64,000 nucleotides of DNA from an uncultured Spirochaetota bacterium (GTDB lineage: Bacteria > Spirochaetota > UBA4802 > UBA5550). This document shows, piece by piece, positions 26,195 to 34,995 of this stretch. Location: assembly GCA_963827275.1 (NCBI GenBank), contig CAWHAA010000004.1, forward strand, positions 512,001 through 576,000, given 5' to 3'. The notes beneath the pieces are model-generated. The model saw only the letters and a program-made list of their open reading frames with translations, was not told the DNA's origin and made no database searches. The position numbers and the translations under genes were made by a program. Position 1 is the stretch's first letter; each line of letters begins with the position of its first letter.

Positions 26195-27886
26195 TTAATC
26201 GAGTCCGAGCGTGCCGCCCGGGTTCATGATTTTATTCGGGTCAAAGTGCTTCTTAAGTGTGCGGATCACGGCCATCTGATTCTTCCCGATGTGGGACTCA
26301 AGCCAGGGAGCGATCATCCTCCCCATGCCATGGTGGTGGCTCGGGGAACCGCCGTGCCTGGTGATGGCTTCTATCACGTTGCGCTGGAAGTCAATGTATG
26401 ATTTCACGCTGTCCATCTTCATGATGAATATGAAATAGAGGTTCGTGCCCTGGGGATAGAAATGGGACGCGTGGGTCATGCAGATGGTGCCGGGCCGCTT
26501 CTTGATGAAGGCCCGCACCCCCTGGTGCAGCCGGTGCAGGTTGTCCCAGGTCACGGCTGTTTCAAGGGTATCGGTTACGATGCCGAAATCGCTTAAATCC
26601 TCCCGCATGTAGGGCTTGTGGAAGCGGGTCTTTTCCCATTTCTTTGTCGCGAAACCGGTAAGGGACATGGCGCCGTGCCTTGAACAGATTTTTCCTATCA
26701 TTTTTTTCACATGGCGCGCATATCCTTTCTCGCCTTCTGCCGTGGCGATCAGCATGCACCGCTGCATCGGCTTATAGCCGCGCAGGCGCATGAAGTGGTC
26801 GATGGCAGTGCCGTGGATGCCGAAGAGCTTTAGTCCCACGTCGGTCTCTTCCGGGTCGGATATGCGGTACACGGCGGGCATGCCGAACTCGCCCTGCATC
26901 ACTTCGCGGCTCGCATCGACCGCCGCCTCCCAGGTCGGGAACATGTAGGAGAGGCGCTGACGGTTCGCCGGCATGTACCGGAATATCTTCATGGTTACTT
27001 CCACCAGGATGCCGAAGGTCCCCTCGCTTCCTTTCATGACGTCGTTTACCTTGGGGCCCGTGGCAGTGCCGGGGTAGTCGAGGGTCCTGATATCGCCGAC
27101 CGGCGTCACGTATTCGCCGCTCAGCATGATGTCGCAGGCATCACCGTAGTAGGTCGATGCCTGGCCTGAACCCAGGGTCACGACCCATCCTCCGACCGAG
27201 GAGTATTCAAAGGACTCGGGGAAGTGTCCGCAGGTGTAGGCGTGCTTCGTGCCGTACTGCTCGCGCGCCCGGTTCAGCGCCTCTTCGTATGCGGGCCCGA
27301 ACATGCCGGCCTGGACAACGGCGGTGTGGTTCGTTTCGTTGATGCTGATGAGCTTGTTCATGTGGGTCCCCGTCACCAGGGTCACGCCGCCGCGCCTGGG
27401 CCTGAGGCCCAGTGTCACGGATGACCCGCCGCCGTAGACATAGACGGGGATCTTCCTTTTATTGCAATGGGCCACGATCGCGCGAACGTCATCCTTGGAG
27501 CGGGGATGGAGCACCACGTCGGTCACGGTGCCGATCTTTTTGCTGCGGAGTTCCAGGGCCTCCTCCATGGTCTTGCCCCGGCTGTAGCGGAGGCGGCTGT
27601 AGGCATCGAGGGCCACGTTTTCCTTTCCGACGATCCTCTCGAAGGCCCTGATGTCCGTCAGGGCGATCCGCATCTTCTGCGTGACCGATACCTGCTCCAG
27701 GCCCTCCTGCTTTTTTTTTCTGAACTCGTCGTCGGTCATGCCGAACTCTTCTTTCATCATGCTGTACCAGGCGTTGCTCGGGTGTTCGAAGCCGTCCGGC
27801 GCGCCCCATTTGAATATCGAGCGGTAGGACCCTTTCGGCGGCGCGGTCTCGGTCCAGTCCGGGATAAATCCATTATGCTTTGACAT
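26195..27886 (-). CDS. FAD-binding oxidoreductase, alkyl-dihydroxyacetone-phosphate synthase-like (VAO family)
   Basis: YGGGSSV, GHFPESFEYSSVGGW, GSEGTFG, HASHFY, SHHHGMG and FDPNKIMNPG. Confidence 0.85.
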   Translation of the reverse strand: MSKHNGFIPDWTETAPPKGSYRSIFKWGAPDGFEHPSNAWYSMMKEEFGMTDDEFRKKKQEGLEQVSVTQKMRIALTDIRAFERIVGKENVALDAYSRLRYSRGKTMEEALELRSKKIGTVTDVVLHPRSKDDVRAIVAHCNKRKIPVYVYGGGSSVTLGLRPRRGGVTLVTGTHMNKLISINETNHTAVVQAGMFGPAYEEALNRAREQYGTKHAYTCGHFPESFEYSSVGGWVVTLGSGQASTYYGDACDIMLSGEYVTPVGDIRTLDYPGTATGPKVNDVMKGSEGTFGILVEVTMKIFRYMPANRQRLSYMFPTWEAAVDASREVMQGEFGMPAVYRISDPEETDVGLKLFGIHGTAIDHFMRLRGYKPMQRCMLIATAEGEKGYARHVKKMIGKICSRHGAMSLTGFATKKWEKTRFHKPYMREDLSDFGIVTDTLETAVTWDNLHRLHQGVRAFIKKRPGTICMTHASHFYPQGTNLYFIFIMKMDSVKSYIDFQRNVIEAITRHGGSPSHHHGMGRMIAPWLESHIGKNQMAVIRTLKKHFDPNKIMNPGGTLGLD

Positions 27887-27899
27887 GGTTTGTTCTCCC

Positions 27900-29342
27900 C
27901 TATGTTAGTTTTATCAGGTGTGACAGCGGGTTGACCAGCTTCCCGTGTGTTTTATTCATGAAAGCCCTCGTCAAAAGGTAGAGCGATCGTAACGGATTGA
28001 TGGGCGCGAGCTTCATGGGGTTCACTTTCATGAGATGGCACATCGATTCCGTGGTGGCGCGCAGGTCGTTGCAGACGCCGCTCCGGTACACGCGCCGCGC
28101 GCCGAGCCGCCGCTCCAGGCCTTCGGCCAGCTCCTCGATGGCGCAGTGGCCGGCAATCAGGACCGGCCCGCTGATCGAGTCGATCTCCCCGCGGTCGAAT
28201 CCCTTGCCCATCACCAGCGTCCATCCCCCCCTGCCGTTAAAGTCTTTCACGAGGGACTGCAGCACGGCGAGGGGATTGTTGACGCACCCCTCGCGGCAGG
28301 CCATCTCCCTGCCGCGAATGATCCTGACGCTTTCCGGAAATTCCGGATAGAGATCGAAGGGGTATTTGCCGCCGAATTTTTTCAGGTCCCCGATGATGTC
28401 GATGTTCTTCATGTCCCGGTAATCGCCGCGCAGCGTTATATCGCCGGGCTTTTCCACGCCGTCACCCAGGCCGCGCTCGATGGCCAGCCTGAGGTGCGGC
28501 ACGTCGGCGACGTCGTAGCCGAATACCTGCGCCCCGACGATATCCGCCGCGACCACGTTGGGGCTCCCGATGAGGATGCGGAATGGCTTGACGCAGGTAT
28601 CGGCGAGCGCGAGGGCGTTGTAGTGGCCGTAGATGCTCCCCTCGACCCCCTCAATCAGGGTGAAGTCGGGCCGCACGCGCGCGAGCACGTCGACGAGCTT
28701 GCTGTGGAGATTGTAGTTGTGGTCGTAGCCCCGGTCTTCGTGGCGCGGGAAAGCCCACTGGTTCTTGATGCCCAGGGTCACGACGCCCATGGAGTGGGTC
28801 TTCAGCTTGGGGAGGTTGATGTAGAGGTTCTCATCGCGCTTCGCGATGAGCTTGTCGGCCACGGTTTTCGATATGCGGAGGGTGTTCCAGTCGTATCCGC
28901 GGGGCCGGTCCGTGAAGGTGGTCTCTGTCGTTTTTTCCTCGTCGAGGTAGACCGGCACCGCTCCGAGTTTCCTGCATATCTTCGCATAGCCCGTAATCGC
29001 GAAGACGAGCCGGGTGATGTTGCACTGGGTGGAATTTTCGAAGACGTAGATATTCCTGGCTCCCGCTTCCTTCCAGTAGCGAATCACCGCCTCCAGCGCT
29101 TCGGGACGTGTATGCGCATACGGCTTCGAATCGACCGCGTTTGGCTTGATGTACACGTCTCCGCTCGATTTCAGCATTTTCTTTCCGCCGTACGCGTCGA
29201 AGATCTCCTTCACGCCGGCGGTAAGCTCCTTTTTCATTAATTCGCCGAGGGGCCGGTATGCCTTGAAGGTGCCGTCACCGTGCGGGGCGGCGAGTTTTTT
29301 TATGTACACGCTTGTTCTGTCTTCCGGTGTCGTGCCGCTCAT
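27900..29342 (-). CDS. DUF362-family protein with C-terminal Cys-rich (possible Fe-S) region
   Basis: VYIKPN, INLPKLKTH...TLGIKN, NVVAAD and C-terminal ACREGC/GHC/GVC. Confidence 0.75.
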   Translation of the reverse strand: MSGTTPEDRTSVYIKKLAAPHGDGTFKAYRPLGELMKKELTAGVKEIFDAYGGKKMLKSSGDVYIKPNAVDSKPYAHTRPEALEAVIRYWKEAGARNIYVFENSTQCNITRLVFAITGYAKICRKLGAVPVYLDEEKTTETTFTDRPRGYDWNTLRISKTVADKLIAKRDENLYINLPKLKTHSMGVVTLGIKNQWAFPRHEDRGYDHNYNLHSKLVDVLARVRPDFTLIEGVEGSIYGHYNALALADTCVKPFRILIGSPNVVAADIVGAQVFGYDVADVPHLRLAIERGLGDGVEKPGDITLRGDYRDMKNIDIIGDLKKFGGKYPFDLYPEFPESVRIIRGREMACREGCVNNPLAVLQSLVKDFNGRGGWTLVMGKGFDRGEIDSISGPVLIAGHCAIEELAEGLERRLGARRVYRSGVCNDLRATTESMCHLMKVNPMKLAPINPLRSLYLLTRAFMNKTHGKLVNPLSHLIKLT

Positions 29343-29403
29343 CGCGATCCTCCCTGCAAAAAGTGCGCGCCGCTCCCGGCGCGTTCCGTGTCCGCATTCC
29401 GCT

Positions 29404-31038
29404 TCATATAACGGGCAGCGTCAGCAGCGCGGACAGTTTCTCAATCTCCGCGGCTGTTTTCGCGCCGTCCCAGTTCAGTTCGCGCGCGGCCGCCTCCGCG
29501 GTCTTCCGTATAACGTCGACGCCGGGATGCCCGAGCGTGCCGAGCCCTGTCCTCCGGAGCATGATGTCCGGAAGAGTACGGGCCATTTCATGGCGTACCG
29601 CGTATACAACCTCCGCCAGTATCTCTCCGTCGTTGTTAAGGGGCCGGGCGAGGGTGGCGTCGTCCCTGGCGATATCGCAGACCAGGCGGTAGTCGCTTCC
29701 GTAGGCCATGCCGAGATAGTTCATCGTATTGCCGGGGAGTATGTTCTCCGTTCCGAGCGCCGAGGCGAAGGCCTGCAGGTCGGGGATTTCGCATCCTTTT
29801 AAAAATTCATCCGCCGTTGTGCAGTGTTTCATCTTTCGTCCCGATTTTTTCCGGACCTCCGCCATCACCTTCTCCGCGAGATTCCTGCTGGTGGTGTATT
29901 TGCCGCCTTCGACCGTGATCAGGCCGTCGAGTCCGTCAGCCGCGTTGTCGTATATCTCGTAGCGGCGCGACGAGCCGTAGGTGCCGGCGGTCTGTGTCTC
30001 AACGAGGGGGCGGAGGCCGCCGTAGGCATGGCGCACGTCGCCGTACCCGAGCGTGCCGCTTCCGAACGACTCGTTCACCTCGTCGATCAGCTCCTGTATG
30101 CTCTGTCGCGACACGCGGTAGCCGTCGGGCCCGCCGGTGTATTCCTTGTCGGTGGTGCCGACGAGGGTGTGCCCCCGCCAGGGAACGAAGAAGATGTGCC
30201 TGCCCCGCGTGGTCCTGAGTCCCACCATGTGGCTGTTGACCGTTTTGTCGGTAATGATGTGAATTCCCTCTGAGCGGGTAATATGACGCGCGGTGTCGCG
30301 GTGAAGGGCCTTTGCCAGGAGGATGTCGGCCCAGGGCCCGGCGCAGTTTATGACCAGCGACGCCCTGATCTTCAGCGTGGAGCCGCCCAGCTCATCGGTT
30401 ACCACGACGCCCCGGACTGATTTGCCCTCGACGATGAAATCGTCAACACGGGCGTAGTTCGCGACCCTGGCGCCATGGTGCGCCGCGGACCGGATAAAGG
30501 CGAGGGTGAGGCGCTCCGGGAAGGAGCTCAGGCAATCGTAATACACAAACCCGCCGTTCAGCCTGGCGGGCCGCACGCCCCCCTCCGCCGCGAGCACCTC
30601 CTTGCCCGACATCGAGCGGTGGCCCGGAAGCCGCTTGGCATGGTCCCGCGTCCTCCCTTTATCGAAGGAGAGGATGTCGTAGAGGATCATGCCGGCCCTC
30701 ATTACCTCTCTGCTGTTCATGAGGCCCTGGCCCGTGTAGGTCGCGATCAGGCAGGGAAGGGGGAGCACCAGGTTCGGCGCTATATTTTCCAGGATCCGCC
30801 GCTCGCGCAGCGACTCCCGGACCAGGGCCACCTCGCCGTTCGCGAGGTAGCGCAGGCCGCCGTGTATCAGCTTTGATGTCGCGGATGACGTGGCCGCGCC
30901 GAAATCGCCTTTTTCAACGAGGGCCACTGAAAAGCCCCTGCTCGCCGCGTCATAGGCAACGGCGGCGCCGGTGATGCCGCCGCCGATAATCACCATGTCG
31001 AATGTTTCTCCGTTGTACTGTTCGATAAATCGTTTCAT
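29404..31038 (-). CDS. FAD-dependent glycerol-3-phosphate dehydrogenase/oxidase (GlpD-like)
   Basis: IIGGGITG, TSSATSKLIHGGLRYL, NCAGPW, GTTD, GLRPL and GGKYTT. Confidence 0.9.
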   Translation of the reverse strand: MKRFIEQYNGETFDMVIIGGGITGAAVAYDAASRGFSVALVEKGDFGAATSSATSKLIHGGLRYLANGEVALVRESLRERRILENIAPNLVLPLPCLIATYTGQGLMNSREVMRAGMILYDILSFDKGRTRDHAKRLPGHRSMSGKEVLAAEGGVRPARLNGGFVYYDCLSSFPERLTLAFIRSAAHHGARVANYARVDDFIVEGKSVRGVVVTDELGGSTLKIRASLVINCAGPWADILLAKALHRDTARHITRSEGIHIITDKTVNSHMVGLRTTRGRHIFFVPWRGHTLVGTTDKEYTGGPDGYRVSRQSIQELIDEVNESFGSGTLGYGDVRHAYGGLRPLVETQTAGTYGSSRRYEIYDNAADGLDGLITVEGGKYTTSRNLAEKVMAEVRKKSGRKMKHCTTADEFLKGCEIPDLQAFASALGTENILPGNTMNYLGMAYGSDYRLVCDIARDDATLARPLNNDGEILAEVVYAVRHEMARTLPDIMLRRTGLGTLGHPGVDVIRKTAEAAARELNWDGAKTAAEIEKLSALLTLPVI

Positions 31039-31039
31039 T

Positions 31040-31759
31040 TTATTTTTCCCCTGTACGGTGTTCTGTCAGGTAGTGTATCGTTTTACGCTCGGCGTATACG
31101 AGGAGGTCATACATGATCCTCCTGGATTTTTCCGGTTCCTGGCCTTTTATCGACTCGTATATGTCCCTGTAGAAGTTCATGGTGCGCCTGACGTTGGCCT
31201 GCTCCTCGAAATAGTAGGTCAGCAGCTGTGCGACCATGCCGCTGTTGTTGAAGAAGTTCAGCACGATAAGAAAGGGGATGTTCCTGCTCGCCCGGGCGAT
31301 GAGCCGGTACAGCATCATGTCCCTGTCATTCAGGGGAATGTCGTTGTCTTGTATGATGCGGTCCATCTCAACGAGGTCCTCCTCCGTCCTGTTCAGGGCC
31401 GCCTGATAGGCCACATCCGGCAGGATGAGCCTGCGGAGGTCAAGAAGGCCCTTCAGTATTTCGATATTGATGCCGCCGCCCGCGGTTGCCAGGGCCCGCA
31501 GGAGGTCCATGTTCCCGCTGTCAAGGTAGTCCTTGACATAGACGCCGTCGCCATGGCGGATTTCAACAAGGTCGAGCATCTCGAGTTTTTTGAATGCTTC
31601 ACGCACAGTCGCTCTGTTGACGTTCAGCCTTTCGGCGAGGTCGCGCTCCGGCGGGAGCTTGTCCCCTTCCCTGAATTCTCCGGATAGTATCTGTTCCTGG
31701 AGCTGGGTAACGATCCCTTCGTGCAGCCTGGTTTTCTGAAGCGGGTTGAGTATTGCCAT
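31040..31759 (-). CDS. GntR/FadR-family transcriptional regulator
   Basis: wHTH GDKLPPERDLAERLNVNRATVREA plus an FCD-type C-terminal domain. Confidence 0.92.
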   Translation of the reverse strand: MAILNPLQKTRLHEGIVTQLQEQILSGEFREGDKLPPERDLAERLNVNRATVREAFKKLEMLDLVEIRHGDGVYVKDYLDSGNMDLLRALATAGGGINIEILKGLLDLRRLILPDVAYQAALNRTEEDLVEMDRIIQDNDIPLNDRDMMLYRLIARASRNIPFLIVLNFFNNSGMVAQLLTYYFEEQANVRRTMNFYRDIYESIKGQEPEKSRRIMYDLLVYAERKTIHYLTEHRTGEK

Positions 31760-31776
31760 GATCTATTCACCTTTTG

Positions 31777-31795
31777 TGGTCGGGTGGTCCGACCA
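31777..31795. promoter_or_regulatory. Candidate FadR-subfamily operator
   Basis: Inverted repeat tggtcgg-gtggt-ccgacca containing TGGT-N3-ACCA, 18 bp upstream of the regulator start. Confidence 0.65.
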
Positions 31796-31970
31796 ATTTT
31801 AATATACTCAATCCCGTCCAGTCAGTCAAGGCGGGAGGCAAAAAAAATCAACAACAGGGGAATTTTGTAAGGTGTCTGTTGATCGGGGGGAGATGGGTAT
31901 GCCGGGATAATAATAAAAAAATTATATCAAAAAGTGGTTGAAATTTTTTATGTCTCATATATTATGTCTC

Positions 31971-32041
31971 TTAGGCTATAATTCAATACCTCCTTTTGAT
32001 AACGTATATTTATCCCCCCCAGGGGCACGGGGGGATTTTTT
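31971..32041 (+). ncRNA. Candidate ~70-nt small RNA with an anti-Shine-Dalgarno motif
   Basis: TTGAAA-16-TATTAT promoter at 31938-31965, internal ACCTCCTTT, and a GC hairpin plus T-run at 32012-32041. Confidence 0.35.
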
Positions 32042-32075
32042 ACCGCTTATCCAAAAAAAAATCCGGTGACAGACG

Positions 32076-34913
32076 GTGGCTCCAGAAACGGATTCTTCGA
32101 CAGGTGATTTTTTTTCCGATGAGACCGGGGAAGGGCCCGATCTTTTTGCGACGCCGGCGGCGGAGCCGCGCAGAGGGCCCCGTGATGCCGTCAGCGGCGC
32201 CGGCCATATCCTGGGGCTCATCAAATCGGCGATACCGGAATACAATCCCCGCTTCCCGCTCCGCGTGGAGGCGTACGCGCTCCAGCTCGCCTATTCCCAC
32301 AACAAGATTCTCTCCCTGTCAAATTCGCGCACGAGGATACTCGCGCACCAGGTCGCGTGCGCCCACCGGGTCATGAGCGCGCTGAACCACCGGTTCCTCA
32401 TCGCCGACGAGGTGGGCCTCGGAAAGACGATAGAGGCAGGCCTGATCGTCAAGGAGCTCGAGTACCGGCACCGCTACCGCCGCATGCTCATCATATGCCC
32501 CGCCTCCCTCATGTACCAGTGGCAGAACGAGATGCGGAGCAAGTTCAACGACCGCTATGTCATCATGGACCGGAGGGAGATGAACCGTGTCCAGGCCGCG
32601 CGCCCTGGCGCCAACCCGTGGGAGGCGCACGAAAAGATGATCTGCTCCCTCGATTTTATCAAGAACCGCCGCTACCTGAAGCTCCTCCAGAGCTCCTCGT
32701 GGGACGCGGTCATTTTCGACGAGGCGCACCGCCTGCGGCGGGATTCCCGCAGGGCAACGCTCGCCTACGAGGCGGCGCAGGTCATAGCGGAGCGGGCACG
32801 GGCGCTCCTTCTCCTCACGGCCACCCCGTTCAGGGGGAACCTCGACGAGCTCTATTTCCTCATCGCGCTCCTCGACCGCAACGTCCTGGGGCCCTTCCAG
32901 TCCTATTATAACGATTTCTGCGTCGACAACGCCGATCTTTCGCACCTTCGTAAAAAAATCGCGCCGGTGCTGATACGCCGCACCAAGCGCGAGGTGGGCG
33001 GGTTCACCAGGCGATGCGCGCGGACCGTACGGTTCGATCTCTACCCGGATGAGCGCGCGCTCTACGACGAGACCACGCGGTACGTGGCCGAGGAATTCAA
33101 CCGCGCCATGCAGAGCGAGAACCGTGCCGTCGGCTTCGTCATGACCATATTCCAGAAGCTCCTCGATTCCTCGACCCGCGCCCTGGGGCGGGCGCTTGAG
33201 CGGCGGATGCGCCGGCTCGAGGAGCTTGCTGACCGCGCCGATATCGAGCGCCGGGTCGACCGTGAGGCCGCCATCGACGAGCCTGACATGATCGACGACG
33301 TCGATGACGTCGATGACCTGGTCTGCATTGCCGCAAGGAAAACGGTCGCCGAGATGAGGAAGGAGGTCGAGACCCTGCGCCGCCTTGTCGGCATGTCGGA
33401 GGCGATCAGGGTCAACAAGAAGGCGGAGAAGCTCGTCCGCCTTATAGGCGAGTTGAAGAAGAAAGGCCGCCGCAAGTTCCTCATCTTCACGCAGTTCAGG
33501 ACGACGCTGGAATACCTGTCCGAGGCCCTGTGCGGGTATGACGTCGAGGTGTTCCACGGCTCCCTGAACCGCGATGAGAAGGAGCGCGCCATGGCCCGCT
33601 TTAAAAACGAAGCCGAGATCCTCATCTCCACCGAGGCGGGCGGCGAGGGGCGCAACATGCAGTTCTGCAATATCATCGTGAACTACGACCTGCCGTGGTC
33701 GCCCCTCAAGATCGAGCAGCGGATCGGCAGGCTCCACCGCTTCGGCCAGGCGGAAGATGTCTTCATCTATAATTTTTCCACCAGGGACACCGTGGCGGAG
33801 CGGGTCCTGGAGATCCTCAATAACAAGCTCCGGCTCTTTGAAGAATCGATCGGCGCGCCTGACGTGCTCCTCGGAAAGATGGAGGACGAGCTGAAGCTCG
33901 GATCGCTTTTCATGGAGATGGCGGCCGGCCTCAGGACCGGACCCGCGCTCGACGACGAGGTGGAGCGCCGGATCGAGACCGCCAGGCATGAATATGAAAA
34001 GATCTCGGAGCTCGAGGTGGCGGACCACATCGATTTCAACTACGACGAGTACTACCGGATCACCATGAAGGAGCGGACGTTCTCGAACATGCGGATTGAG
34101 CGGTTCGCGGCAGCCCTCATGCGGGAAGACGGCTCCGCGTTGCAGGTCTGCGCCCCGGAGGGGGGCGGGCTGTACCGCGTCCCCCGCGATGAAGGCGGGA
34201 CCGCAGCCATGCGGCTCGGTACCTTCGACAGCGGCATGGCGCTGGAGAACGAGCAGCTCGAATTCCTCGCATTCGGCCACCCGGCGATCGACCGGCTGGC
34301 GGCGTCCTGCCGGGAAGGCTCCTTCGGCGGTTTCACCGGCATCCGGTATGTCCGGTCTGACCTTCCCGTGGAGGGCATGGTGTTCTACTTCATGACGACC
34401 TACAGTACGGTGACCGAGACCCGTGAGCTCGTCACGGTGGCTGTTATGCGCGACGGCGATCCGGACGGGGATTCCCTCGAATCGCTTGAATCGGAGCTCT
34501 GCTGCCAGGATTTCAGCGTGCCGCCGCGCGGGCCGGACCCGCGCGCAGCGGCAATCGCCGCGGACGCCGATCATTATTTCGACCGCGCCCTGGAGCGGCT
34601 CAACCGGAAGATCGCCGCGCGGAAGGAGTCCATGAGCGAGAACCTGGATATCGGCATTGACCCGGAGATGGACAGGGTCAGGGAGTCTTACGACAGCAGG
34701 ATCGCGGAGCTCGAGGAGAAGCTCGGGCTCCTCGAGGCGCAATTCAAGTGGTACGGGAGAAACATGAAGGGCGTCATCACGCGCACGAAGAACCAGATCG
34801 ATAAAGCGCGTTCCGAGCGCGAATCGCTCCTCAGAAAATACCGGGGCTACCTGGGTATCAGGCACGAGACGGGGCTCCTCTGCGCCGGCATATTCCTGTC
34901 GCGGCCCGTCTGA
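32076..34913 (+). CDS. SNF2-family helicase/ATPase (RapA/HepA-like)
   Basis: IADEVGLGKTIEAG, FDEAH, LLTATP, STEAGGEGRNMQ and EQRIGRLHR. Start codon uncertain. Confidence 0.9.
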   Translation: MAPETDSSTGDFFSDETGEGPDLFATPAAEPRRGPRDAVSGAGHILGLIKSAIPEYNPRFPLRVEAYALQLAYSHNKILSLSNSRTRILAHQVACAHRVMSALNHRFLIADEVGLGKTIEAGLIVKELEYRHRYRRMLIICPASLMYQWQNEMRSKFNDRYVIMDRREMNRVQAARPGANPWEAHEKMICSLDFIKNRRYLKLLQSSSWDAVIFDEAHRLRRDSRRATLAYEAAQVIAERARALLLLTATPFRGNLDELYFLIALLDRNVLGPFQSYYNDFCVDNADLSHLRKKIAPVLIRRTKREVGGFTRRCARTVRFDLYPDERALYDETTRYVAEEFNRAMQSENRAVGFVMTIFQKLLDSSTRALGRALERRMRRLEELADRADIERRVDREAAIDEPDMIDDVDDVDDLVCIAARKTVAEMRKEVETLRRLVGMSEAIRVNKKAEKLVRLIGELKKKGRRKFLIFTQFRTTLEYLSEALCGYDVEVFHGSLNRDEKERAMARFKNEAEILISTEAGGEGRNMQFCNIIVNYDLPWSPLKIEQRIGRLHRFGQAEDVFIYNFSTRDTVAERVLEILNNKLRLFEESIGAPDVLLGKMEDELKLGSLFMEMAAGLRTGPALDDEVERRIETARHEYEKISELEVADHIDFNYDEYYRITMKERTFSNMRIERFAAALMREDGSALQVCAPEGGGLYRVPRDEGGTAAMRLGTFDSGMALENEQLEFLAFGHPAIDRLAASCREGSFGGFTGIRYVRSDLPVEGMVFYFMTTYSTVTETRELVTVAVMRDGDPDGDSLESLESELCCQDFSVPPRGPDPRAAAIAADADHYFDRALERLNRKIAARKESMSENLDIGIDPEMDRVRESYDSRIAELEEKLGLLEAQFKWYGRNMKGVITRTKNQIDKARSERESLLRKYRGYLGIRHETGLLCAGIFLSRPV

Positions 34914-34995
34914 GCCCATGACGGCATCTTTTTTTTTATTGACATTATTCCTGACGGATATGTATTGCTTGTAATATTTTTTATGCAGGGGCGCC

